Source: an archaeon
Lineage (GTDB): Archaea > B1Sed10-29 > JAJRYS01
Direction of reading: 5' to 3'
Assembly: GCA_024275665.1 (NCBI GenBank)
Contig: JAJRYS010000016.1
Coordinates: 3,050-67,049, forward strand
DNA length: 64,000 bases
In this document: one piece after another, positions 1 to 8,314 of the stretch
Layout of the letters: each line of letters begins with the position of its first letter
Position numbering within the stretch: position 1 is the first letter of the stretch
Made by a program: the position numbers and the translations under genes
The notes under the pieces: generated by a model
What the model was told of the DNA's origin: nothing
The model's database searches: none
The model's input: the letters and a program-made list of their open reading frames with translations, nothing else

Positions 1-3
1 GAA

Positions 4-216
4 GTGTTCAACGGTTCTAACTTTACGAGTGTTAACAAGAGCGTTGAGTACTGCGTTTCCCTTGAACAAGGAGAAGGAGTGTTGTTCTTGAAATATCCCT
101 CTTTCAGCAAGGATGAGGTTTGGATAAGCCCTGAAAGAGTAGTGGTAAGAGCTGAGAGCGGCAAGCACTTGTACGCTGTTACGCAAATACTCCACGAGTG
201 GATCAAACAAGCATGA
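4..216 (+). CDS. C-terminal fragment of an unknown protein; the gene starts upstream of the window
   Basis: ORF open to the window edge; no recognisable motif. Confidence 0.2.
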   Translation: MFNGSNFTSVNKSVEYCVSLEQGEGVLFLKYPSFSKDEVWISPERVVVRAESGKHLYAVTQILHEWIKQA

Positions 217-226
217 GGTTTTCTTA

Positions 227-889
227 ATGAAAGAAGTAACAGTCATAGTTCCTGCTTTCAACGAAGAAGAAAGGATTGCAAGAGTGCTTGGAAAACTGAA
301 GAAGAAAGGATTAAACACGATTGTAATAGATGATGGTTCTACTGACAAAACTGCTTTAATAGCTTCCAAGCACGCTACAGTGTTTTCTTACAAACCCAAT
401 CATGGCAAGGGCTTTGCAATGCGTTACGGAGCAAGCAAGGCCAGGACCAAGTACGTCGTGTTCTTCGAAGGAGATGACCAGTTATTCGTTGAAGACATTG
501 ACAAGATAGTTGAAAAACTCAAGCAAGGAAACGACTTGGTATGGGGCAGGAGGGACTTGTCAGTTATTCCGTGGCCTAGGAGAGTGAACAACGTCTTGAC
601 TACTCTTGCATTGTTCTTTGCTACTGGCAGGGTGATAAGAGACCCTCTCAGTGGCTTCATAGGCGCTGACAGGAAGAAGTTCCTGGCACTTGGGCTGAAG
701 GAAGACAGATTTAACATAGAATCAGAGATTCACTTCAAAGCAGTCAAGCACGGGTTGAAACAAGACACAGTGCCTATAAGAATAAAGTATCATTGTAAGA
801 AGAAGTTTTCTTTCAACAAGCTGAACTGGAAGCAAAGCGCTTTAATAATAGCTTTCTTGTTCAAACTAGTGTTGTGGCGAAGAGCATGA
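227..889 (+). CDS. Family 2 glycosyltransferase (dolichyl-phosphate sugar synthase-like)
   Basis: N-terminal VIVPAFNEEERI...IVIDDGSTDKT motif typical of the GT2 / DPM synthase fold; first gene of a co-directional overlapping operon. Confidence 0.7.
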   Translation: MKEVTVIVPAFNEEERIARVLGKLKKKGLNTIVIDDGSTDKTALIASKHATVFSYKPNHGKGFAMRYGASKARTKYVVFFEGDDQLFVEDIDKIVEKLKQGNDLVWGRRDLSVIPWPRRVNNVLTTLALFFATGRVIRDPLSGFIGADRKKFLALGLKEDRFNIESEIHFKAVKHGLKQDTVPIRIKYHCKKKFSFNKLNWKQSALIIAFLFKLVLWRRA

Positions 890-1266
890 AGCAAGTTTAC
901 TTGATAATAATAGCGTTGCTTGTGGTAAGCGTTTTCATAATGCTTGGATACCAAGTTGAGAATTATCCATTAACAAGAATGAGAATAGGCAACGTTACAA
1001 TAATGAATGATGCAACATTTTTCAGCGTTTCGATCTACTCTGAGAAAGCAAGTAATGTTACTGTTGTTGAAGAAGTGAATGGAGCAATAGTGCTTGAGAG
1101 AAGAGAAGAGTTGAATGCTTTTGAAGAAAAAACAATCTCTTTTAATGCGTCATTGCAGAAAGGAGAGAATACAGTAATGGTGATGGCTTACTACAATGAC
1201 GCTGAGTATAATGGTTATGGGTCAAAGGTTAATCCGTATTATGTTTTCTTCAAGGTGGTAGCGTGA
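874..1266 (+). CDS. Small membrane-anchored or secreted protein with several N-x-S/T sequons
   Basis: N-terminal hydrophobic helix, then NVT, NVT and NAS sequons; overlaps both neighbours by a few nt, suggesting translational coupling in the glycosylation operon. Confidence 0.4.
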   Translation: MAKSMKQVYLIIIALLVVSVFIMLGYQVENYPLTRMRIGNVTIMNDATFFSVSIYSEKASNVTVVEEVNGAIVLERREELNAFEEKTISFNASLQKGENTVMVMAYYNDAEYNGYGSKVNPYYVFFKVVA

Positions 1267-2624
1267 AAAAGCAGACAGCAGTGTTGTTGATTGCAGTTGT
1301 TTTGGCTTCGTTGTTCATCAGGCTTTATCCAGTGGTTTTGAACGATGACTTGTTGAAGTATGATTCTTATTATCACGTTAGAATAGCAGAATGGGTTAAA
1401 GAAGAGGGTACAGTCCCTATGATAGAACCTTGGCCTGTTGGAGGAAAACCCCATGTGTACCCTCCTTTGTATCACTTGCTGTTGGTGTTTTTTTCTTTCT
1501 TCATCCCGTTAATGGTTAGTATTAAACTCTTACTTCCAATCATTTCAGGATTGCTTCCATTAGCAGTGTTCTGGTTTGCGAGGAAGTACTGGAGTGAAGA
1601 GGCTTCGTTGCTTGCAGCAGCATTCGTAGCATTTAATCCTTTCTTAATCAATGCTTCTTTTGACTCCCCGCAAGCAATAAGTTTCTTGTTATTACTCCCA
1701 GTATTTTATTACGTTCTCAGAGGAAAGTATTACCTTTCTTCTGTTTTCTTGGCTTTAATGCTATTAACGAATCCGTTTTCCGGGTTCCTCTTGTCTTTGT
1801 TCTTCATTGTTTTTCTTGTTATTGAGAAAAAGGCGAGAGAACTTAACAAAGTGCTACTGCTTCCTCTTGCTGTTTTCTTAGCATGGTATGCTCCGAGAGG
1901 GGCTCTTAGTAATTTTTCAACAATGGTCGTTGGCTTCATTATCAAAGAAGTAAAGCCAGAAGCGTTCTTGAATGTGTTCTTGTTAGTACCTGCTTTCATT
2001 GTGTTGTTCTTGACAAGAGCAAGGAATTCTTTTGAAAGATTTTGGTATTTGTTTTCGTGTTTCTTCTTGTTATTGTACTTGTCAGTGTTCGTGTCACCTG
2101 CTCTGCATCCGTGGAGGCATGATGCTTTCATAATGCTAGGGGTTTCAATGCTTGCTGGAAAGCTGTTTTCAAAAGCCACTAATACTAAGAAACTATTAGC
2201 GTTGTTAGTGTTTTCTTTCTTCTTGCTAGCGCAGTTGAATGTGTTCGTTCATTCCAATGCTTTCAAGCCAATACTTTCAGAATCTGATTTTGATTCCATG
2301 AAGTACTTGAATGGTGGTGTGCTATCTGATCATGATTACTGCGCTACTGCAATCACATTGTACAACATTTCTTGTTTTACAGATGTTGCCTTTGATGTTT
2401 CCTTTGATCCTACCAGGGCTTATGAGTTTGAAGAGTTTTTCTGGGCTAGCAAGCCAAAACAAATGCAAAGAGTGATAACAGAATATTCTCCTGATGTTGT
2501 GGTGTTCGCGCGTAATGACTGGGGAGCGTTAGTATTAAATGAATTGAATGTGAATAAGACTTACGAATCATGGCAATGCATTGGTAATTTCTGTCTAAAA
2601 CCTACGAGCGTTTATGAGGTGTGA
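1263..2624 (+). CDS. STT3/AglB-like polytopic membrane protein; short paralog with a degenerate WWDYG region
   Basis: EL1-type motif D-S-Y-Y-H-V-R and YPPLYHLL shared with the downstream paralog; about 11 predicted TM helices; C-terminal SDHDY in place of WWDYG. Confidence 0.45.
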   Translation: MKKQTAVLLIAVVLASLFIRLYPVVLNDDLLKYDSYYHVRIAEWVKEEGTVPMIEPWPVGGKPHVYPPLYHLLLVFFSFFIPLMVSIKLLLPIISGLLPLAVFWFARKYWSEEASLLAAAFVAFNPFLINASFDSPQAISFLLLLPVFYYVLRGKYYLSSVFLALMLLTNPFSGFLLSLFFIVFLVIEKKARELNKVLLLPLAVFLAWYAPRGALSNFSTMVVGFIIKEVKPEAFLNVFLLVPAFIVLFLTRARNSFERFWYLFSCFFLLLYLSVFVSPALHPWRHDAFIMLGVSMLAGKLFSKATNTKKLLALLVFSFFLLAQLNVFVHSNAFKPILSESDFDSMKYLNGGVLSDHDYCATAITLYNISCFTDVAFDVSFDPTRAYEFEEFFWASKPKQMQRVITEYSPDVVVFARNDWGALVLNELNVNKTYESWQCIGNFCLKPTSVYEV

Positions 2625-4092
2625 TGATTTGAACAAGAGACTAGTGTTGCTTGCAGTGTTTTTCTTCTTACTGTTTTCAGCCCCGCAATTCTTAAGAAAT
2701 TATGTTTACGGAGGCACTATTATAGGAACTACTAGTTATTACCACGTGCGAATGGCTGAAATGATTTCAAAAAATCAGCTTTATGACCCTCTTTCTTTTG
2801 GCGGAAGATTTTACACTTACCCTCCTGGCTTCCACTTACTGCTGTCTTTCTTGCTGCCGATTAAAGACTTCTTGCTTCCTTTGTTCGGAATAGGGGGGAT
2901 TATCTTAGCTTATTATTTTGCAAGACAACTAGGATTAAGTGATGAAGAGTCTTTGTTTTCAGCAGCGTTACTCGGACTGATACCAGGATATGTTTACTTG
3001 TCAGGGCATTTGAATCCAAGACTTCCAGCAATACTGTGTTTGATTGCTTCTTATTACTTTTTGATGAGGAAAGAGCCTGAAGCAAAGTATTATGCTTCTG
3101 TCTTTTATGCATTTTCACTGATTACTCATCCTTTTGCAGCGACTGTTGGAGGCATCATGGCTTTCTTGTTGTTCTGGAGGAATAAGAAGAGAGTGCTTGT
3201 AAGCTATTCACTTTCTGCTTCCTTATTCATACTTGCTTGGTTGCTTCCGTTAGTAATGTCACACGGCCTGCCTTCAAGAGTTGATTTTTACACAGTGTAC
3301 ATTGAGTTAAAGTCAGGGATTCAGTACTTCGTATTCGAAGCAAGAGTAGTGAGTGATACTATTGGTGCTTTCACTTGGCTTATGGCGTTGTATTCTGCTT
3401 TCAAATTCAAGACAAAACAAGTTAATTTCTTAAAATTGTGGTTGTTTTTGGGAATAGTGGTTTCTCTAAGCATTGGTAACAGGCTTAATGAAATGCTTTA
3501 CTTCCCAATAGCAATGCTTGCTGCTAAGACTTTCGTAACAAGCTGGCATAAGTTTCTTGACACTCTTCACTTGACTTACTTTGTCCAAGACCTGAAGTTT
3601 TGGACTGCTTTGTTTTTCATTTACTCCTCAATCATAGGCATACTCGCAGCAGGGGCTTTACTTTATTTCCCTCCTTCCCCAGCAGAGTATCATGCAATGG
3701 AGTGGATTAAGGATAATACTCCTAAGAACGCTGTTATCATGGGCTACTGGCAGGACGGGCATTGGATCAGTGGCATTGCTGAGAGAAAGAATGTGATTGA
3801 CGCTTACGCAGAATACGGCCCTAACGTTGATGAAAGGTACCAGGACATGCTTAACGTTATGGAAGGAACAGACTTGGACAGGGCTCTTAATTCTTTAAAA
3901 AAGTACAATGTTTCTTACATTTACTATCCGTTAATAAACACAATATATTGCGATGGTTTTACTTCTCTCACCAAGTATTCTTACTTCAAGCTAGTATTCC
4001 ACGAAGACCACAAGTTCGTTTATAAAGTTGATTATTCTGGCAAGTCACAGCCATTTGACTTATGCAAGAACTACGTTAATAACACTCTTTAA
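2614..4092 (+). CDS. aglB: Short AglB/STT3-like oligosaccharyltransferase
   Basis: YYHVR loop motif, polytopic membrane core, C-terminal MGYWQDGHWI resembling the WWDYG catalytic motif, followed by YNVSYIYY. Confidence 0.55.
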   Translation: MRCDDLNKRLVLLAVFFFLLFSAPQFLRNYVYGGTIIGTTSYYHVRMAEMISKNQLYDPLSFGGRFYTYPPGFHLLLSFLLPIKDFLLPLFGIGGIILAYYFARQLGLSDEESLFSAALLGLIPGYVYLSGHLNPRLPAILCLIASYYFLMRKEPEAKYYASVFYAFSLITHPFAATVGGIMAFLLFWRNKKRVLVSYSLSASLFILAWLLPLVMSHGLPSRVDFYTVYIELKSGIQYFVFEARVVSDTIGAFTWLMALYSAFKFKTKQVNFLKLWLFLGIVVSLSIGNRLNEMLYFPIAMLAAKTFVTSWHKFLDTLHLTYFVQDLKFWTALFFIYSSIIGILAAGALLYFPPSPAEYHAMEWIKDNTPKNAVIMGYWQDGHWISGIAERKNVIDAYAEYGPNVDERYQDMLNVMEGTDLDRALNSLKKYNVSYIYYPLINTIYCDGFTSLTKYSYFKLVFHEDHKFVYKVDYSGKSQPFDLCKNYVNNTL

Positions 4093-5174
4093 TTCCCAAA
4101 CAGCCAGTCAACAACAGTCGTAGCATAACATCCTTTTGGAAGAGAAAAACGCAGCACGTAATAATGCTTACTGCATTCTTCCCCCTCCCCTATTATTTCA
4201 AAATCAGTTAATTCTATGAATAACTTTCTTCTCTTTCCTTTTGAACTTGCTTCAGGCATGCTTTTTATTCTAAAATCGCTTTGCTTTAGTCCTTCTTCTC
4301 TGAGTATTTCTTCTTCTAACTCGTTTTCAGGCTCTAACTCGTAACCGTATAATGGCCCTTCTTCTAGTTCTAATTCCTTTTCAATCACTCTTTCCAAGAA
4401 CTTGTTGAACAAGTAAGACTGGTAAGCATGGACGAACATTATTTTCAAAAACCGTGGTAGTTTCCTAAGTGCGCCTATAAAGTCATTAGGATGCTGTGAC
4501 AAGTGCGCTAGCATCATGCGCTCGAACTTTAATCCTTTTGGGAAGTATTGCAAGGCTTTTTTGAAATCCTCTTCTTCTACAAGCTTCTTCCTTGCTTGTT
4601 TTGCTTCTTCTGATTCTTTTTCAAAAACCTTGGTCAAGTAAATCATTACTGCTTCCTTGAAGTTCCCTTTCACAATCTCCTTGCCTACTAAGTGAGTTAT
4701 TGGCCTAACTCCTCCGAATCGTTGCACTCCGAAAAAATTAGGAATTCTTTTCTCTTCTCTTGGTGGTTTGTCTGAAAAGACTTTCAAAGTAAACCTATTC
4801 CCAAGCAAGTCACCTAGCTCTACTCTATCATCAGAATGATAAAGAGGCAATATTCTTGCGTCCCTTATGCTGATTTTTTCCAAGTCTTCTGGTTTTGCGT
4901 TCCAAATACTAATACGTTGAGTAGTCCATGCTTTCTTATCCTTCATACCAGCGTAGCCAATGCGTTTGCGTGAAACATGAAGCTTCTTAGCAATCTTGTT
5001 AATCAGTAACAAGTTGTCCCAGTTTTTCTTCTCAAGAAAGCATACTAAGTGCTCTCCCTTGCTTTTCTCATCAAACGCAGGACTAGAGCCGACCTCCAGG
5101 ATTTTGTCCTCTGGAGTAATCTCCTCTACTATGAAATCCTCTGCTGTTTTCTTAATAGAGTACATGACAATCAT
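4089..5174 (-). CDS. truD: tRNA pseudouridine(13) synthase TruD
   Basis: GMKDKKAWTTQ catalytic-Asp motif and FFGVQRFG motif of the TruD/Pus7 family. Confidence 0.75.
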   Translation of the reverse strand: MIVMYSIKKTAEDFIVEEITPEDKILEVGSSPAFDEKSKGEHLVCFLEKKNWDNLLLINKIAKKLHVSRKRIGYAGMKDKKAWTTQRISIWNAKPEDLEKISIRDARILPLYHSDDRVELGDLLGNRFTLKVFSDKPPREEKRIPNFFGVQRFGGVRPITHLVGKEIVKGNFKEAVMIYLTKVFEKESEEAKQARKKLVEEEDFKKALQYFPKGLKFERMMLAHLSQHPNDFIGALRKLPRFLKIMFVHAYQSYLFNKFLERVIEKELELEEGPLYGYELEPENELEEEILREEGLKQSDFRIKSMPEASSKGKRRKLFIELTDFEIIGEGEECSKHYYVLRFSLPKGCYATTVVDWLFGN

Positions 5175-5248
5175 TTACTTGTATCTGAGCATTGCGCCGA
5201 TACTCGTCGAATGCTTTCTGTTTACTTGTATCTGAGCATTGCGCCGAT
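5174..5248. repeat. Perfect 28-nt direct repeat (x2) separated by 19 nt; a 47-bp tandem duplication
   Basis: TTTACTTGTATCTGAGCATTGCGCCGAT occurs at 5174-5201 and 5221-5248; the second copy encodes the aRF1 C-terminus plus stop on the minus strand, the first copy abuts the TruD ATG. Confidence 0.85.
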
Positions 5249-6286
5249 TCCACCAAAGGCTTTGAAGAATTGTTCTCCTTCAACAGTGTCGGTTGAAATC
5301 ATTTCAATCTCAGCGTCTGTTTGTTCTGCGAGTTCTCCTAACTCTTCTATCTTCTCCTCTGGCAAGCCTTCTGACACCAGCAGGATTCTCACTTTTCCTT
5401 CTATTAATGCTTCTTTGACTTGTTTCTCCCCATAAGTAGCAAGTCCTCCTGTCACTGCTTCTTTTATGAAGTTATCAACGAGTTCTTTTTCTTTCCTAGT
5501 CTCAAGTTCTTTCACTACTTCTCCTGCTTTTTCAACAAGCTCGCGTATTCCAAACTCGTCAGTATAACTAGTGTCAACAATTGCTGCTATTTTATTCTTC
5601 ACGTTGTTAAACAAGTAGTCTTTTTTCACGAAGTCTTCTTTCGTTGGTCCTGGTCCTCCTATTATCACTGCTTTTATCTTAGAATCAGCAAAGTAATTGT
5701 TAGCAAGCTCCCCTATTCTCTTGAAAAAATCATGAGCAGCTCCTTCTATCAAACGAGTGAAACGCATTGCTGACTGTCCTCCCTTGTGGTGTTTTCCAGG
5801 AACTCCTGAAGTAATCTGCTTCAAAATAGTAGTCTTCTTGCCTTTGAGAGTAGCGAAAGTAGCTTCCCTCCTATCCATTACCAATAATCCGTATTCGTCT
5901 TTCTTCCCTATCAACTCTTCTAACGGCTCTGTGAAGAAAGTAGAGTCACACCTGTATATTGACACGTTAACATCCTCAGGAGGAGTGATAGTGAATAATT
6001 GTATCTTCCCGTCAATATTGCCACAGAAAATAGCAACACCATGTTCTGGTGGCTTGTGAACTCCTTTCAACACTCCTATTATCTTGTCAATGGCTGCTTG
6101 CACGTTTTTCCTTGTTTGTTTTGACTTGATGTTAGAAGCCTGGCCGTACTCGTCACGCAATCGTGCTGACACTTCGTTAACATTCGCGTTGGGAGGAATG
6201 TAAACACTAATCAATTCTGTCCCTTGTCCGCGTTGCTTTTTCAGGAACTTCAACTGTTTTATGAAGTCGTGTTCTTCCTTTGACAT
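5222..6286 (-). CDS. prf1: Peptide chain release factor aRF1
   Basis: GGQ motif (HKGGQSAMRF), NIKS-like decoding motif (ASNIKSK), eRF1 domain order; the true start is probably the internal MSKEEHDF rather than the longer track ORF. Confidence 0.85.
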   Translation of the reverse strand: MSKEEHDFIKQLKFLKKQRGQGTELISVYIPPNANVNEVSARLRDEYGQASNIKSKQTRKNVQAAIDKIIGVLKGVHKPPEHGVAIFCGNIDGKIQLFTITPPEDVNVSIYRCDSTFFTEPLEELIGKKDEYGLLVMDRREATFATLKGKKTTILKQITSGVPGKHHKGGQSAMRFTRLIEGAAHDFFKRIGELANNYFADSKIKAVIIGGPGPTKEDFVKKDYLFNNVKNKIAAIVDTSYTDEFGIRELVEKAGEVVKELETRKEKELVDNFIKEAVTGGLATYGEKQVKEALIEGKVRILLVSEGLPEEKIEELGELAEQTDAEIEMISTDTVEGEQFFKAFGGIGAMLRYK

Positions 6287-6289
6287 GCT

Positions 6290-6361
6290 GTGAAAACACC
6301 TTGCAAAAGCAGTAATCTTTTTAAACGCTCTTATATTAATCAATTCAAGGATATTTAAAGG
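6290..6361. promoter_or_regulatory. Bidirectional promoter region with several TATA-like boxes between aRF1 (minus) and pyrH (plus)
   Basis: TTATATTAAT and ATATTTAAA about 10-30 nt upstream of the pyrH GTG; TTTAAAAAG (minus strand) about 30 nt upstream of the aRF1 ATG; AT-rich 70-nt gap between divergent genes. Confidence 0.35.
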
Positions 6362-7048
6362 GTGTTGGTTTTGAAAGTAGTTATCTCGCTTGGAGGGAGT
6401 CTTGTTTTTAGGAAAGAAGGAATAGCAGTTGATTATTTGAAAAGGTTTTCTGAGATGATTACTTCTTTTGAAAACGCAAGCATTGCTCTGACAGTTGGAG
6501 GAGGTAGAATTGCACGTGAATATGTGGAGAAAGGAAGAATGCTGGGAGCTAATAACTTCGAGCTTGATGAGATTTCAATACAACTAGTCAAAGCCAACTC
6601 TCGTTTGGTTTGCTCTGCTATCCCTCCTGCTGTTTTCTTCGAAGACTTTGAAGAAGCTGCGAGAATGTTCTCAAAACAACCAAGCATAATAGTGCTTGGG
6701 GTGGGTACTCCTGGACAGACAAGCGACTCCACGAGCGCGTTGTTCGCAGAAGAAACAGAAGCAGACAGATGGGTTAATCTGACTAACGTTGACGGAGTTT
6801 ATGACAAAGACCCTAAGAAGTACGATGATGCCGTGAAGTTCAGTGAAATGACCCACGCAGAACTACTTGAACTTGTTGAAAAATATGACAAGAGAAAATC
6901 AGGAGAGAACTTCGTCATCGACGTGCTTGCTGCTAAAGTCCTTGCGAGAAGCAACATAGAAGCGCATGTTGTCAACGGAGATGACTTGGAACAAGCGCAC
7001 AAAGCAATCCTAGGGCTGAAGCATAATGGAACTGTTGTAAAGGATTAA
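6362..7048 (+). CDS. pyrH: Uridylate (UMP) kinase, archaeal type
   Basis: Amino-acid kinase fold, ISLGGSLV...TVGGG nucleotide-binding motifs, about 228 aa as in archaeal PyrH. Confidence 0.8.
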   Translation: MLVLKVVISLGGSLVFRKEGIAVDYLKRFSEMITSFENASIALTVGGGRIAREYVEKGRMLGANNFELDEISIQLVKANSRLVCSAIPPAVFFEDFEEAARMFSKQPSIIVLGVGTPGQTSDSTSALFAEETEADRWVNLTNVDGVYDKDPKKYDDAVKFSEMTHAELLELVEKYDKRKSGENFVIDVLAAKVLARSNIEAHVVNGDDLEQAHKAILGLKHNGTVVKD

Positions 7049-7062
7049 GGGGGGTTGGTATT

Positions 7063-7176
7063 GTGGGAGAAGATGGTTTCAAAGAAGCATTGGAAAAGGC
7101 AAAAGAACATGCTGACGGTAATTTCAAAGAAGCTATTGAAAAAGCAGAGTCTTTGCTTTCAGGAGACGAAGACTAA
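7063..7176 (+). CDS. Small acidic helical ORF (37 aa, GTG start); function unknown
   Basis: Protein-like reading (VGEDGFKEALEKAKEHADGNFKEAIEKAESLLSGDED) in a different frame from pyrH; below the track cut-off. Confidence 0.2.
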   Translation: MGEDGFKEALEKAKEHADGNFKEAIEKAESLLSGDED

Positions 7177-7210
7177 CTTTTAAAAACCTGTCTTGTTTTA
7201 TTAGAAAAGC

Positions 7211-7402
7211 ATGGGGTACGGCAGTTTTGACACAGCAATAGCAAGAAGCAAACTTTATTACGCTGAGAAATACGGCAAGGCAACAATGGAGGACTTGAGG
7301 GCTTTCCAGGAAATCCTTGGAGCTGAAATAGTAATGGCGAAAGACGGCTCAGCAGCAACCATTCACTGCAAAGGTCAGTCAATAAGCGTTAGAGTGGTGT
7401 GA
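7211..7402 (+). CDS. Hypothetical small protein (63 aa)
   Basis: ORF with balanced composition; no recognisable motif. Confidence 0.25.
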   Translation: MGYGSFDTAIARSKLYYAEKYGKATMEDLRAFQEILGAEIVMAKDGSAATIHCKGQSISVRVV

Positions 7403-7406
7403 GCTC

Positions 7407-8310
7407 GTGGCACTTTCAAATTTTCAATTAGTAGATATTTTTAATGATGAGTTAATTGAGACCAGAGTTAATAATGAATACTTGGATGAAAGGTTAAATG
7501 AAGGAATAAAAAATAAGAAAATTTCAGGAGAACAGTGGTTTAGAAATCCTCAAGATTGGTACTCGATAACAGCTTACGCCAATCCTTACAAGACTCCTTT
7601 TTCAGAGCTTAAGATTTTGTTAAAAGAACAAGAAAATCTCAAACCATTGTTAAAAAACACTCTGAAAATATTTTATGGAGTTGGTATAGGTGAGACAGAA
7701 ACAGTTCCTGTTGAATGGGATTTACAGGATAATAAGTACTCTGAAGTGATTGGAATAGATATCATTGAATTTTTTCATAAAAGGTTTTATTTACGGATTA
7801 AGAAATTTAGCTCAGGAATACCCTGATAGTAAGATTATGTTTAAAGGGATCAATGGTTTGTTTGAGGATTTAACAAGGGAAAATATTTTTCCTTCTAATT
7901 CTAAGTATGAAAAGTCTTCTCACATTTGCTTTGGCAATACTGTTGGTAATTTTGATCAAGAAGAAATATTTGGGATTTTTAATGATAATATGTTAAAGGG
8001 GGATTTGTTACTACTTGGAATACAACTTGCTTTTGATCCTGATAGAGTACTAAGACAATATGAGAGTAATAAAAGATTTGAAAAATTGCTGGTAAACTCT
8101 ATTAGTAAAAAACTGGAAATAAAGAAGATTGATTGGAAGTGGAACTCTGAGGAAGGTCAGATAGAAGCATGGGCTGGGGATATTTTAGTGTTTAGATCAA
8201 AAAAATATGATGAGGAAGAATTTGAAAATTTTGTAGAAAAACACTCATTTTTAATAGTGAAAAAATTTGTTGAAAGAGATGTTGCATTATACGTTATGAA
8301 AAAAGAGTAA
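7407..8310 (+). pseudogene. EgtD-like (Methyltransf_33) SAM-dependent methyltransferase, disrupted by a frameshift in a T6 run near 7775-7785
   Basis: Two overlapping ORFs in frames 0 and +1 join into VIGIDIIEFF|IKGFIYGLRNLAQEYP...; C-terminal GNTVGNF...DLLLLGIQLAFDPDRVL matches the EgtD motif LGSTIGNF...LLLGxD; region GC about 30%, against about 40% for its neighbours. Confidence 0.5.
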
Positions 8311-8314
8311 AGTA

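Noticed and set aside
5174-5248. Possible mini-CRISPR array (two 28-nt repeats)
   Set aside because: There are only two repeats with a 19-nt spacer, too short for a CRISPR spacer. The repeat is the coding 3' end of aRF1, and no cas genes are present. A tandem duplication explains it fully
5049-6059. Plus-strand ORFs of 128, 117 and 100 aa overlapping aRF1
   Set aside because: Antisense to a well-supported aRF1 gene (GGQ motif). Their translations are low-complexity and Cys/Phe-rich with no motif
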